DNA of 64,000 nt, from assembly GCF_004010195.1 (NCBI RefSeq), contig NC_057734.1, positions 45,271,605 through 45,335,604 on the forward strand. The letters run 5' to 3'. A program made the position numbers and the translations under genes. Under the pieces are notes generated by a model. That model was not told the origin of the DNA and ran no database searches. It was given only the letters and a program-made list of their open reading frames with translations. This DNA comes from Chiloscyllium plagiosum (lineage: Eukaryota). Positions 12,997 through 25,962 of this stretch are shown in pieces. Positions within the stretch are counted from its first letter, which is position 1. Each line of letters begins with the position of its first letter.

Positions 12997-13520
12997 TAGA
13001 GTCATAGAGACGTACAGAATGGAAACAGACCCTTCAGTCCAACCCATCCATGCCGACCAGATATCCCAACTCAATCTAGTCCCACCTGCCAGCACCCGGC
13101 CCATATCCCTCCAGACCCTTCCTATTCATATACCCATCCAAATGCCTCTTAAATGTTGCAATTGTACTTCCTCTGGCAGATCATTCCATACATGTACCAC
13201 CCTCTGCGTGAAAAAGTAACCCATAGGTCTCTTTTATATCTTTCCCCTCTCACCCTAAACCTATGCCCTCTAGTTCTGGACTCCCCGACAACAGGGAAAA
13301 GACATTGCCTATTGACCCTATCCATGCTCTTCGTAACTTTGTATACCTCTAAAGGTTACCCCTCAACCTTCGATGCTTCAGGGAAAACAGTGCCACCCTG
13401 TTCAGCCTCTCCCTGTAGCTCAAATCCTCCAAACCTGGCAACATCCTTGTAAATCTTTTCTGAACCCTTTCAAGTTTCACAACATCTTTCTGGTAGGAAG
13501 GAGAGCAGAATTGCATGTGT
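12997..13520 (-). mobile_element. CR1 (HER1-like) LINE 3' fragment
   Basis: Near-identical to 25292-25810; (ctctatga)n-type tail at the left end. Confidence 0.85.
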
Positions 13521-14344
13521 GGCAATTAATTGACCCTATTTTGAAAGTCCTAATAGATCATGTCCATTGGTACCACTACTGAAGCAGCCACTGACTGCTT
13601 TTGAGTAACCTATTCTTGAGCTCCTAATAACATTATCACTACAGTTAGGTCCACAGGTCTGGAATTCCTTATTTCTTTCTTCCACTTTTCTTAAGGTTAT
13701 GTTAACCAGCAACAAACCCTCAGAAACTTGAAAAATATAGGAGGTTCTGGTAACACATAAAGAACGCATTTCTGCATGTACTGTGGCTAATTCCCAAAGA
13801 TACCCATAATCACAGAGATATTTCACAAAACTCCTCATAATTTTATGCATCTCCCTTGTGTCCTTCCTCAATCTAATCTGATGGAAAACAATTCTGCTGT
13901 GTCCAATCTCTCTTTATAACTGAAAATCTCCAGCCCAGGCAACATCCTGGTAAATGTCCCCTGCACCCTCTCCAGTGTTATCAAATCTGTCTTACAATGA
14001 GGATTCCACAGCTGCACACAATACCCAAACTATAATCTAGCCAATGTTCTATACAGAGCCAGCATAACCTTGCCGCTCTTAAACTCAAAGCCCCAGCTAA
14101 CAAAGGCAAGTATTCCATGTGCCTTCTTAACCACCATATTCACCTGTCCCAGCATCTTAAGGGACTGACATGCCTGTGCATCAAGGCCTTCAGATCCTCA
14201 GTGCCTCCCAATGTTGTACCTTTCATCAAACTGGAGGAAGGGAAGGCGAGGTTTAAATGAACTGTTTAATCATTTTACTCCTTTCTCTGGAGGCACAAGA
14301 GTGGTCCTTGGACTTTTTTATATCAACCTGTAGATAGCCATTAT

Positions 14345-15025
14345 TCAGTTGTCCAAACAACCTATCCCTTTCATGAATGTCCTGGAGGGATGGAATCTGC
14401 CATCTTTAATAGCTCTGGCCTACATGTGACTCCAGATCCACGGCAGTGTGGTTGCCACTCAATTTCTCTCTGAAATGGCTTAACAAGCCATTCACTTGTA
14501 CTAAGCTCTACACAGTCTCGAAGAAGAAATGAAACCAGGTGGATAACCTGGCATATACCTAGGCACCGGAAAAGACAATGGCAGAAACAGCCCTGTTGAC
14601 CCTGCAAAGGTGTCCCTACTAACATCTGGGGGCTAGTGCCAAACTTGTGAGAACTGCATCATAGACTAGTCAAGCAACAGCCTGACTTAGTCATACTCAA
14701 TTACATACAATGTCCCAAATACCACCACCACCACCATCCATGGATAAGTCATTTCCCGACTGACAGGACAGACCCAGCTGAGGTGTCTGCACAGTGGTAA
14801 ACAGTTGGGAGGGAGCTGTCCTGGGAGTCCTCAACATTGACTCTGCACCCCATGAATTCTCATGGTTTCAAGTTAAACATGGGCAAGGAAACCTTCTGCT
14901 GATAACCACGTAGCATCTTCCTTCTGCTGATGAATCCATGCTCCTCAAAGTTGAAGAATATTTAGAGGAAGCACTGAGGATAGCAAGGGCACAAAATGTA
15001 CTGTGGGTGGGGGATTTCAATGTCT
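14345..15025 (+). mobile_element. LINE 5' fragment: Deu-domain-like leader followed by APE endonuclease
   Basis: 14360-14495 matches the Deu-SINE core also seen at 62600-62790. Downstream translation TNIWGLVPNL*ELHHRLVKQQPDLVIL ... EEALRIARAQNVLWVGDFNV shows APE motifs. Confidence 0.75.
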
Positions 15026-15029
15026 GGAT

Positions 15030-18000
15030 ACTGGGAAAAAGATAAATCAAGAAAAAGGCATGTAAGAAAGGCATTACAATCATGGCAGGACTTCAATAAG
15101 CAAGTGGACTGGGTAAACCAGATTAGTAGCGGACTTCAAGGAAAGGCATTAGTGGAATGTCTGCACAATGTTATTTTTGAGCAGCTGTGGTAGAGCCCAC
15201 GAGGGAACAAGCAATCCTGGATTTGATGGTATGTAACAAGGTGGACTTGATTGCGAAACTAAAGCTGAAACGATCTCTGGGATGGTGATGGTAAGATGAT
15301 AGAATTCACCCTGCAGTTTGAGAGGGAGAATCTGGAATCAGATGTAATGGTATTACAACGTAACTATAAAAACCTGAGGGAGAGTTGACCTAAATTGATT
15401 GGAAGGGGTTTATAGCAGGGAAGTTGTTGGCGCAGCAAAGCAGGAGTTTTGAGGGGTAATTCAGGAGGCACAGCAGAAACGTATATCGTGGAAGAAGAAA
15501 CATGCTAAGGGAAGACAAGGCAACCATCGCTGACAAGAGATGTCAGGAGCAGCACAACATCAAAACAGCAAGCACACAATATCGTGACAGTTCCTAAAAA
15601 TACAATTCTGGGAGAGGATGAAATATCAAACTTACATAGCTTTTTTTTTAGATAGCTGAAAATTAAGAGACACCCAAGAGTGGACAATGGACCACTGGAA
15701 AATGACGCTGGCGAAGTAGGAATGGGGAATAAATAAATGGCAGAGCACATGGGCAGGCTTTATGCCCCAGTTTCACTGTGAAAGACGTCAGTAGCATACC
15801 AGAATCTGATGAGAGTTGCAGGCAGAGGTGAGTGTAGTGGTCATCATTAAAGAGAAGGTACTGAGATAGCTGGATGGTGTGAAGCTTCATAAATCATCCA
15901 CACCAGATGGATGACAAACTAGAGTTCTGAAGTAGACAGCTGAGGAAATTGCAGAGACTTATGAGGTAATTTTTCACGATTCACTAGAATGAAACGACTT
16001 GAAAATGGCTAATGTAAACCCCTTGTTAAAGAAGCAGGGGAGGGATTGGAGGGGGAGGTAGAACAGAGGAAACTGTAGGGTTCTTATGCAGAAATCATCC
16101 TTGAAAGATTTTAGAGTCTTAGGAAGAGATTCTGGGATACTAGAAAGTGCAGGGTAAAATAGTATTGAGTCAGCATAGCTTCGTCAAAGGGCTGTTATGC
16201 TTGACAAATCTGCTAGAAATCTTTGAAGAGGTAATAAACAAGTTAGACATAGGACAGCCAATAGATGTGATCTCTTTGGATTTCCAGATGCCTTTGACAA
16301 TGTGCTGCAGAGGAGGTTGCTAAGTAAGATAACAGTCCATGGTGTTAGGGGCAAGGTGACAGCATGTATAGAGGACTGGCTGACAAAGCAGAAGGCAGAG
16401 AGTATGGATAAAGGAGGTTTTTTCAGGATGGCAGCTGACAACTATTGAAGTTCAGCAGGAGTCTGTATTGCGATCAATTATTCTTTTCATGCATTAATGA
16501 TCTGGACAAAGGAATTGAGGATATCGTTGCTAATTTTGCAGATGACATAAATATAGGTGGAGGGACAGGTAGAGTTGAGGATATAGCGAGACTGTAGAAG
16601 GAGAGTGGGCAACGAAATGATAGATGGAGTTCCGTGTAGAAAAGTTTTATGTTATGCACTTTAGGAGGAAGTATACAAATATAGTCTAATTTCTAAATGG
16701 GAAAGATTCCGGAAATATGAAGGACAAAGAATTCTCTTAATGGTAACATGCAGGTTCAGTTGGCAGTTAGAAAAGCAAATGCATCATTCGCATTCATTTC
16801 AAGAAGGTTATAATGCAACTGCAGATATTTACTTCAGAGGCTGTATAAAGTTCCAGTCAGACCACATTTAGAAAATTGTGAGCAGTTCTAGACTCCTACC
16901 TGAGAAACAATCTGCTAGCCTTGGAGGGTGTCCAGAGGACATTTACCAGAATAATCCAGGGATGAAGAGTTTGTTACATTTGAAGCAGTTGAGCATTCTG
17001 GGTCTGTCCACGACAGAAATTAAAAGGATGAGAGGGTGATCTGGCTGTACTTACAGAACACTGAGAGGCCTGGATAGAGTAGATATAGAGAAGATGTTTC
17101 CACTGGTAGAGAAGACTAGGACATGCGGGTGCCACCTCAGGATGAAGGGGCAGCTCTTCACAAAGATGAGGAGGAATTTTTTCAGTCAGAGTCATACAGT
17201 CAGAAAGTCATAGAGATGTACAGCACCGAAACAAATACTTCAGTCCAACTCATCCATGCCGAACAGATGTCGTAACCTTATCTAGTCCCATTTGCCAACT
17301 CTTGGCCCATATCCCTCTAAACTCTTCCTATTCATACTTCCATCCAGGTGCATTTTAAATGCTGTAATTTTACCAGTCTGCACCACTTCTGCTGGCAGCT
17401 CATTCCATTAATGCACCACCCTCTTCGTGAAATGTTGCCCCTTAGGTACCTTTTAAATCTTTCCCCTCTCACCCTGAACCTATGCCCTCTAGTTCTGGAC
17501 TCCCCCACCTGACAGAAAAGACCTTGTCTATTTATCCTATCCTCGCCCCACACAATTTTATAAACCTCTATAAGGTCGCCCCTCAGCCTCCAGCACTCCA
17601 GGGAAAACAGCCCCAGCCTATTCAGCCTCTCCCTGCAGCTCAAATCCTCCAATTTTGGAAACATCCTTGTAAATCTTTTCTGAAAGTTTTCAAATTTCAC
17701 AACATCCTTCTGATAGAAGGGAGACCAGAATTGCAAACATTATTCCAAAAGTGGCCTCACCAATGTCCTGTACAACTGCAACATGACCTCCTAACTACTA
17801 TACTTAATGCTCTGACCAATAAAGGAAAGCATACCAAATGTCTTCTTCACTACCTACAACTTCACTTTCAAATAAATATGAACCTGCACTTCAAGGTCTC
17901 TTTGTTCAGCAACACTCCCAAGGCCTTATCATTAAGCGTTTAAGTCCTGTTCTGATTTCCTTTTTCAAAATGCAACACATAGCATTTATCTAAATTAAGG

Positions 18001-19400
18001 TCCATCTGCCATGCTGTAGCCCATTGGCCGATCTGATCAAGATCCCATTGTTCTCTGAGGTAACCTTCTTCGCTGTCCACTACTTCTCCAATTTTGGTGT
18101 TATCTGCAAAATTACGAACTATACCTCCGATGTTCACATCCAAATCATTTATATAAATGGCAAAAAGTAGTGGACTCAACACCGATCCTTGTGGTACTCC
18201 ACTGCTCACAAGCCTCCAGTCTGAAAAGCAATCCTCCTCCACCACCCACGGTCTTCTACCTTTGAGCCAGTTTTGTATCCAAATGACTAGTTCTCCCTGT
18301 ACTCCATGAGATCTAACCTTGCTAACCAATCTACTGTGAAGAACCTTTTCAAATGCCTTACTGAAGCCATCACTCTGCCCTCATCAATCCTGTCAGTTAC
18401 TTCTTCAAAAAAGTTTGTGAGACATGATTTCCCAAGCACAAAGCCAAGTTGACTATCCATAATCAGTCCTTGCCTTTCAAAACACATGTTAATTCTGTCT
18501 CTCAGGATTTCCTCCAACACCGATGTCAGGCTCACCAGTCTATAGTTCCCTGGCTTTTCCTTATGACCTTTCTTAAATAGTGTCACCATGTTAGCCAACC
18601 TCCAGTCTTCCAGCACCTCACCTGTGACTATCGATAACACAAAATATCTCAGCAAGGGGCCCAGTAATTACTTTCCTAGCTTCCCTCAGAATTCTAGGGT
18701 ACACCTTATCAGGTCCAAGAGATTTATCACCTTTTATGCATTTCAAAACATCCAGCACTTCCTTGTCTGTAATATGGACATTTTTCAAGATGTCACCATC
18801 TATTTCCCCACATTCTGTACCGTCAATGTCCTTCTCCACACTGATGCAAAATACTCATTTAGTATCTCCCTCATTTTTTGTGGCTCCACACTTAGGCTGC
18901 CCTGCTGATCTTTGAGGGACCCTATTGTGTTGCTAGTTACTCTCTTGACCTTTGGATTCTCCTTAACCTTATTTACCAGAGCTATTTCATGACCCCTTTT
19001 TGCCCTCCTGATTTCCCTCTTAAGTATATTCCTAATGCCTTTATATTCTTCTGAGGGATCTCTGCTGACTATACCTGACATATGCTTCCTTCTTTTTCTC
19101 AACTAAAACCTCAATTTCTCTAGTCATCCAGCATTTCCTACACTACCAGCCTTTCCTTTCACCCAAACAGGAATGTACTGTCTCTGGACTTTCGTTATCT
19201 CATTTTTGAAGGCTCATTGCTGCAGAGGACTGTTGAGGTCAAGTCACTAAATGTATCGAAGACAGGCATAGGTTCTTGTATGGTAAAGGGATCAAGGCTC
19301 ACAAGGAAGAGACAGGAGAAAGGGATTTGGAAACAAACCAGACATGATCAAGTTATGGAACGAGTTCAATGGACTGAAAGACAAATTCTGCTCCTATGTC
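15030..19400 (+). mobile_element. Old CR1 LINE ORF2, interrupted by a younger CR1
   Basis: Decayed APE/RT on + strand 15030-17187 (FADDI-like motif ~16535); 3' end resumes at 19215-19400. Confidence 0.75.
17188..19215 (-). mobile_element. CR1 (HER1-like) LINE, 5'-truncated, nested
   Basis: ORF fragments with NYRLVSLTS, GVPQGSVLSPLLF, FADNTKI; 3' tail at the left end. Confidence 0.9.
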
Positions 19401-19999
19401 AAATTGTGGTGAGTATGGGTTCCATTTTACTGGACAAGTATTTAATGAATCACTACGAAGTTGTATGTGGGTTCTCGCTTGCAATCCTAAAGAGACATTG
19501 GAACTGAGTGATTGGGCCTTGAAAGGTTTGGACAAAACAGTTCCCTCAATGGTTTCAAATGATGCCCAAGTACTTACATGCCATCTGATCAACAGCTCTC
19601 TCCTCGGTGGAAATATCCTCTTCTCAGAGATGTTCACTTCAGAATTCCAGCCTGAAAATTTAGAAAAGAAAATTTCTGGGTTAAGAGCTTGTGAGAAAAC
19701 AATATGAATCCATGATGGGATGGCAGTGGTGATGCCTTCTGTATAAATATAGGGGATCACCAGCAATTCTGATTCAGTAGATACAGCATGGCCCATTAGG
19801 AGTTGAAAACCAGGGTGTGCAAAATAGAGTTATTAAGTTGAATGAAACAACTGACACTTCATGTAGCATGCGTGAGTGGTCTGTGAATGTCTTCATCGTA
19901 CTATTCAATGGTGACAGCTTAACAGATTGGGGAGGGCTCCAGAACACAGCAGTAACATCAGAATCATAGAGTCGTAGAGATGTACAGCATGGAACCAAA

Positions 20000-22080
20000 C
20001 ATTATCAAGGCATTTATAGCTGAGCACTTAGAAAACAGTGGCAGGATCAGACAGAGTCAACATGGAGTTCTGAAGAGGAAATCATACGTGACAAATCTGT
20101 TGGAAATCTATGAAGATGTAACCAGTAGAGTTGACAAGAAGGAGCTGTATATTTCGACTTGCAGAAAGCATTTGACAAAGTCCCACATAAGAGATTATTG
20201 TGCAAGGTAACACCGCATGGGATTGGGGGAGGTGTATTGACATGGATAGAGAGGAAACAAAGAATGGAATTAATGGGTTCTTTTCAAATTGGCAAGCAGT
20301 AATTAGTGGGGTGCCACAGGGATTGGTTCTATTCACAGCTATTCACAATTTCTATTAATGATTTGGATGATGGAACAAAATTTAACATCTCAAAATTTGC
20401 AGATGATACCAAGTTGGGAAAGTGGGTGAACTGTGATGAGAATGCAGAGACCCTTCAGTATGATCTGGACAGGTGGTGTGAAGGCAAGTGGCATGTTGGC
20501 CTCCATTGAAAGAGGTTTCAAGTACAGGAGCAGGGATGCATTGTTCCAGTTGCACAGGACCTTGGTGCGGCCACATCTAGAATGCCGTGTGAGGTTTGAT
20601 CTGCTTTTCTGAGGAAGGATGCTCTTGCTCTTGAGGGAGTGCAGCAAAGGCTTAACAGGTTGATTCTGGGAGGGCAGGACTGACATATAAGGAGAGATTG
20701 ACTAGGTTAGGATTGTTTTCACTGGAGTTCAGACCGGTGGGGTGGGGGTGGGGGGACTTCATAGAGAGTGGGCTAGACAGGGTAAATGCAGGGAGGATAT
20801 TCCCGATGATGGGTACATCCAGAACCTGGGGTCACAGTCTGAGGATTCTGGGTAGACCATTTAGGCCAGAGTGAGGAGACATTTCTTTATCCAGAGAGTG
20901 GTGAGCCTGTGGAATTCATGACCTCAGAAAGTAGATGATGTCAAAACATTGCATTCATTAGCTAGGTAAAGCATGGGCCAAATAGGATCAAAGTTTATGG
21001 AGATAAAGCAGGATTGAGCTATTGAATTGGACACACCTCCTCCCACCCTGCCTCTTATAAAGACACTATCCCTTATTCCCAATTCCTCAGCCTCTGCCGC
21101 ATCTGCTCACAGGAGGACCAGTTCCGTCACAGCACACACCAGATGGCCTCCTTCTTTGAAGATTTTCCCACCCATCATCCACTTCCTGCACCTCTGCCCT
21201 CGAACCCCACCCTTTCAACCACACAAGGACAGAACTCCCCTGGTCCTCACCCTCCACCCCATCAACCTCCATATACATTGCATCATCCTCCACCATTTCT
21301 GCCACTGAATAATGGACCCCACCACCAGAGATATATTTCCTTTTCCACCCCATCCACTTTCCATAAAAAACGTTCCCTCCCCAACTCCTTCGTCAGGTCC
21401 ACGCCCCCTCCCCCCCACCAACCCACCGTCCCCTCCCGACACCAGCCTCAAGTCACTGCAGGAATTGCAAAACTTGCACTCAAACCTCCCCCCTCACCTC
21501 TGTCCAAGGCCCCAAAGGATCCTTCTGCATCCATCAAAGTTTTACCTGCACTTCCACACATGTCATTTACTGTATCCATCGCTCTTGATGTGGCCTCCTC
21601 TACACTGGGAGAGGAGGCCACATCAGGCCACGGGAGACAGGACGCCTACTTGCAGAGGGCTGCAGCGAACATCTCCAGGACACCTGCACCAACCAACCCC
21701 ACTGTCCTGTAGCCGAATACTTCAACTCCCCCTCCCGCTCTGCCAAGGACATGTAGGTCCTGGGCCTCCTCCATCACCACTCCCTAACCACCCATTGCCT
21801 AGAGGAAGAATGCCTCATCTTCTGTCTTGAGACCATCCAAGCCCACGGCATCAATGTGGATTTCACCAGTTTCCTCGGGCTTTTGCCCAAAACGTCAATT
21901 TTCCTGCTCCTCGGATGCTGCCTGACCAGCTGTGCTTTTCCAGCACCACACTGTCAACTCTAATCTCCAGCATCTGCAGTCCTCACTTTCTGCTATTGGG
22001 TTGGACGATCAGCTATGTGATGAATGGTGAAGCAGGCTCTAAGGGCCTCCTCCTGCTCCTATTTTTTATGTTTCTATGTT
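20000..22080 (+). mobile_element. CR1 LINE RT/3' part, split by a Penelope-like insertion
   Basis: SKFADDTKLG at ~20390; 3' end resumes after 22006. Confidence 0.8.
21033..21991 (+). mobile_element. Penelope-like element fragment (RT C-terminus + GIY-YIG endonuclease + terminal repeat)
   Basis: IPYSQFLSLCRICS and CTSTHVIYCI..CGLLYTG motifs; terminal repeat at 21878-21991; degenerate 15-bp TSD gctattg(aa/gg)ttggac at 21018-21032 and 21992-22006. Confidence 0.85.
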
Positions 22081-22084
22081 TCTT

Positions 22085-22580
22085 CAGTCAAACTCGTCCA
22101 TGCCAACTGAATATTTTAAATTAATCTAGTCGCATTTGCTGCATATTGGCCCACATCCATCTTATCCCTTCCTATTCTTATACTCATCCAGATGCCTTTT
22201 AAATATTGTAATTGTACCAGCCTCCATCACTTCCTCTGACAGTTCATTCCATACACGCAGCACCCGCTGCATGAAACCAAAACCCTTAGGTCCAATTGAA
22301 ATCTTTCCCCTCTCATCTTAAACCTGTGCCCTCTAAGTTTTGGACTCCACAACCCTGGCGGAAAGACCTTGACTATTCATCCTATACATGCCCCTCATCA
22401 TTTCATCAATCTCCCTCAGGTCACTCCTCAGCCTCTCATGTTCCAGGGAGAATAACCACATCCTATTCAGCCTCTCCCTATACGTCAAACCTTCCAATCC
22501 CGGCAACACCCTTGTAAGTCTTTTCCGAACCCTTTCGAGTTTAATACCATGTTTCCTATAGCAGAGAGACTAGAACTAAG
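22085..22580 (-). mobile_element. CR1 LINE 3' fragment
   Basis: Homologous to the other HER1-like 3' ends in the window. Confidence 0.75.
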
Positions 22581-22649
22581 AGAGTTTCCAGGAACAATGA
22601 TTTTCGCGTGTATGGACAGGCAATGTGGCTTGATGTATGCAGTGCTTAA

Positions 22650-23085
22650 GAAGCGCGATATACCCAGAATAAAGCAGCGTGCATGATAGGCACCCTATCT
22701 ACAAATATTCACTCTCCCTATCACGGACGCTCAGTAGCACCAATGTGTGACATCTACAAAGTCCATTACAGAAAGTCACAAGCCTCCTTATACAGCACCT
22801 TCCAAACCCAGGGCATGTTTCATCTGGAAGCACAGCATATATATGGGGACGTCACTAAGTTCCCTTCCATGCCACTCCTGATTTGAAAATACATCATCTT
22901 CACTGTCATTCGGCCACAATTCTGGAACACCACCACCACCCCGCCCCCCACCTACACCATTTGAGTGACTCCGCACCAAATGGTCCACTGTAGTTGAAGA
23001 ATGTCACTCACACCACCTTCTCAAGGGCAATTAGTGACAAGCAATAAATGCTGGACGAGATAGCACAGCTCACAATCCCAGAATG
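22650..23085 (+). mobile_element. LINE 3' end (L2/CR1-group family sharing its tail with Deu-SINEs)
   Basis: Ends caccaccttctcaagggcaattag...gcaataaatgctgg; a second copy lies at ~26400-26870. Confidence 0.65.
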
Positions 23086-23582
23086 TTTTTCCCCCTCTAT
23101 TCTAAGTAAATCTTTACTCTAGTCAGGAAGGTATCAGTTTGTAGAAGCAATCACAATGTGCTAGCCACTCTTCCGAAAGTTTAATCCATATTTCCCTGGG
23201 ATCACTGCGGAAATCGGATTCATTCAGCCCCTTTACAGGCTCTGATTCGATTCGCAATGAGCCATCTCCTTGTTATAAAAGGGCATGTTTAGGAACCCTG
23301 GTCGGCATGGATGGGTTGGGTTGAAGAGCCTGTTTCCGTGCTCAATGACTCTATACGAACAGCATCGACTTACGAGAATAATATCAGCGCTGCTCACCCG
23401 GTGCCAGTCTGGAAAACGGTACACATTGAAAGTGGGCAATATGTTGTTTTCACAATAATGGAATACTGGTTATAAAGCTGTTTCTTCGGTCTCAGCCCGG
23501 AGACAATCGGGGCTCCCTGGTTTAAGCCCCGGTCCATGACTGGAATCTTGTTCTTTGTATCCACATGTTGATCTGCAATGAT

Positions 23583-23763
23583 TTAGATTTAGATTACTTA
23601 CAGTGTGGAACCAGGTCCTTCGGCCGAACCAGTCCATACCTATAGCAGGACGATCGACCCACCCAGACTCATTCCCCCACATTTACCCCTTCACCTAACA
23701 CTAAGGGCAATTTAGCATGGCCAATTCACCTAACCTGCACATTTTTGGACTGTGGGAGGGAAC
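23583..23763 (-). mobile_element. HE1-like V-SINE, 3' half
   Basis: Reverse complement of the 3' half of the SINE at 40240-40570; (tttaga)n tail. Confidence 0.8.
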
Positions 23764-24338
23764 TTTGGGGTCATGCGGAAGAGTACACTTCATCCGACCT
23801 TTGATCCCTGCACTTTTTTTCCCTCCGGGAGCTTTAATAAATCACGATAAAATTGACTCGTTTTGACAAGAATTAAAGAGGCGAAAATGAAGGCTGCGTT
23901 TGATGTTCGATTAAATATTTTATTGGATTCCTGTGTTAGGATAGATTCATAATTATTAAGGACTTAGCATACAATCAAATTATTGCTGTCTTTTGATCGA
24001 CCTGATCGCATGTATAGATGTAAGCTTTTAAAACGTTTCAGTTAACACCGGCAAATCTGCAAACAAGAGGTAACTTTTACAAACGGAAGTTTCCCCCGCG
24101 ATGACCATTTGTTTTAAAAATAACCGAAGTCCAAACAATTTCTACCGTTTTATCACATGGGAGACATGAGCAGGAATAAACAAGCTTTCTCAATTGAGAC
24201 AAGTGGAGTTTCCGAAATCACATACAGCTCGATCTCGAGATACTTGTCTGAAACGGAGTTCTCCTAGTCTCGTGTTTAACCCCACAGGAGTAACGCTCGT
24301 GTCAGTTCCACTCTGAGGCTGACAGAGTCAGATAGCTG

Positions 24339-24972
24339 GATTAGTGGTGCTGTAAGAGCACAGCAGTCTAGGCAGCATCCGAGGAGCAGTAAAATCCACG
24401 TTTCGGGCAAAAGCCCTTCATCGGGAATACAGGCAGAGAGCCTGAAGGGTGGAGAGGGAAGTGAGAGGAGGGTGGGGGTGGGGAGAAAGTAGCATAGAGT
24501 ACAATAGGTGAGTGGGGGAGGGGATGCAGGGCAGAGGAAATTACCTGGGAGTTGCAGTGGGAGAGGGACTCCCTGAGATCCTTGTAGAGAGAGGAGGATG
24601 TTTTTACCTTGTTGATTTTAACCCTACTGCGAATCCTCTTGCAAGGATGCCTGCCTTGAAGAAGTTTTCCTCCTCTCTCTCTCTACAAGAATCTCAGGGA
24701 GTCCCTCTCACACTGCAATTCCCAGGTCATTTCCTCTGCCCTGAATCTCCTCCCCCACTCACGCATTGTACCCTATGCTACTTTCTCCCCAACCCCACCT
24801 TCCTTTCACTTATCTCTCCACCCTTCAGGCTCACTGCCTTTAATCCTGATGAAGGGTTTTTGCCCGAAACGTCGATTTCGAAGCTCATCGGATGCTGCCT
24901 GAACTGCTGTGCTCTTCCAGCACCACTAATCCAGAATCTGGTTTCCAGCATCTGCAGTCATTGTTTTTACCT
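24339..24972. mobile_element. Penelope-like-derived inverted-repeat element inserted in the Ig C exon
   Basis: Perfect 15-bp TSD AGAGTCAGATAGCTG at 24324-24338 and 24973-24987; ~260-bp inverted arms with a ~70-bp spacer; extra tail on the right arm only. Confidence 0.9.
24842..24877 (+). ncRNA. Minimal type I hammerhead ribozyme motif
   Basis: AATC-CTGATGA-a-GGGT-tttt-GCCC-GAAA-C-GTC-GATT: intact core, helix I AATC/GATT, helix II 4 bp, palindromic ACGT helix III, GUC cleavage triplet. Confidence 0.8.
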
Positions 24973-25291
24973 AGAGTCAGATAGCTGCTCACACTGAACG
25001 TGTTGTCCGTCTCCTGCTGGATCCGACTGGCCTCTACACCGTTCCTCCTGACACTGCCATCTACCGTCCACTCAATTTCCACAGCGCCCGGGTTAAAACC
25101 GCTCACCAAACACACCAGGTCGCCGTGTTCTTTTCGGTGATTTGAACCGATGAAGGCGGAAGGAGGGAAACTGATGGTTCCCGCGGACCTGTTTAAAATA
25201 AATTAGGTTCATATGAGTTAAGGGACTGCGTCTTTTAAACAGGAAATTTCTTCAAAGATAATACAATTTAAAATATGTCCATCCATGGAGT

Positions 25292-25962
25292 AGTCATAGA
25301 GATGTACAGCATGGAACCATCCTGTCCATGCCCACCAGATACCCCAACCCAATCTAGTCCCACCTGCCAGCACCCAGCCCATATCCCTCCAAACCCTTCC
25401 TATTCATATACCCATCCAAATGCCTCTTAAATATTGCGATTGTACCAGCCTCCACCACATCCTCTAGCAGCTCATTCCATACACGTACCACCCTCTGCGT
25501 GAAAAAGTTGCCCCTTAGGTCTCTTCTATATCTTTCCCCTCTCACCCTAAACCTATGCCCTCTAGTTCTGGACTCCCCGACCCCAGGGAAAAGACTTTGT
25601 CTATTTATCCTATCCATGACCCTCATGATTTTGTAAACCTCTATAAGGTCACCCCTCAGCCTCCGATGCTCCAGGGAAAAGAGCCCCAGCCTGTTCAGCC
25701 TCTCCCTGTAGCTCAAATCCTCCAACCCTGGCAACATCCTTGTAAATCTTTTCTGAACCCTTTCAAGTTTCACAATATCTTTCCGATAGGAAGGAGACCA
25801 GAATCGCACGCAATATTCCAACAGTGGCTTAACCAATGTCCTGTACAGCCGCAACATGACCTCCCAATTCCTGTATTCAATACTCTGACCAATAAAGGAA
25901 AGCATACCAAATGCCTTCTTCATTATCCTATCTACCTGCGACTCCACTTTCAAGGAGCTATG
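25292..25962 (-). mobile_element. Young CR1 (HER1-like) LINE 3' fragment
   Basis: Open ORF2 C-terminus (25354-25960; LVKPLLEYCVRFWSP, RTRGH). Confidence 0.92.

Larger units (their letters stand above)
24218..25188 (-). pseudogene. Ig light chain constant exon (lambda/type II-like), pseudogene
   Basis: Acceptor ttttaaacAG (25190-25189). Reads GPREPSVSLLPPSSVQITEKNTAT/[1-nt deletion]VCLVSGFNPGAVEIEWTVDGSVRRNGVEASRIQQETDNTFSVSSYLTL[insertion]SASEWN*HERYSCGVKHETRRTPFQTSISRSSCM*. C1-set Cys/Trp pattern present. Confidence 0.93.
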
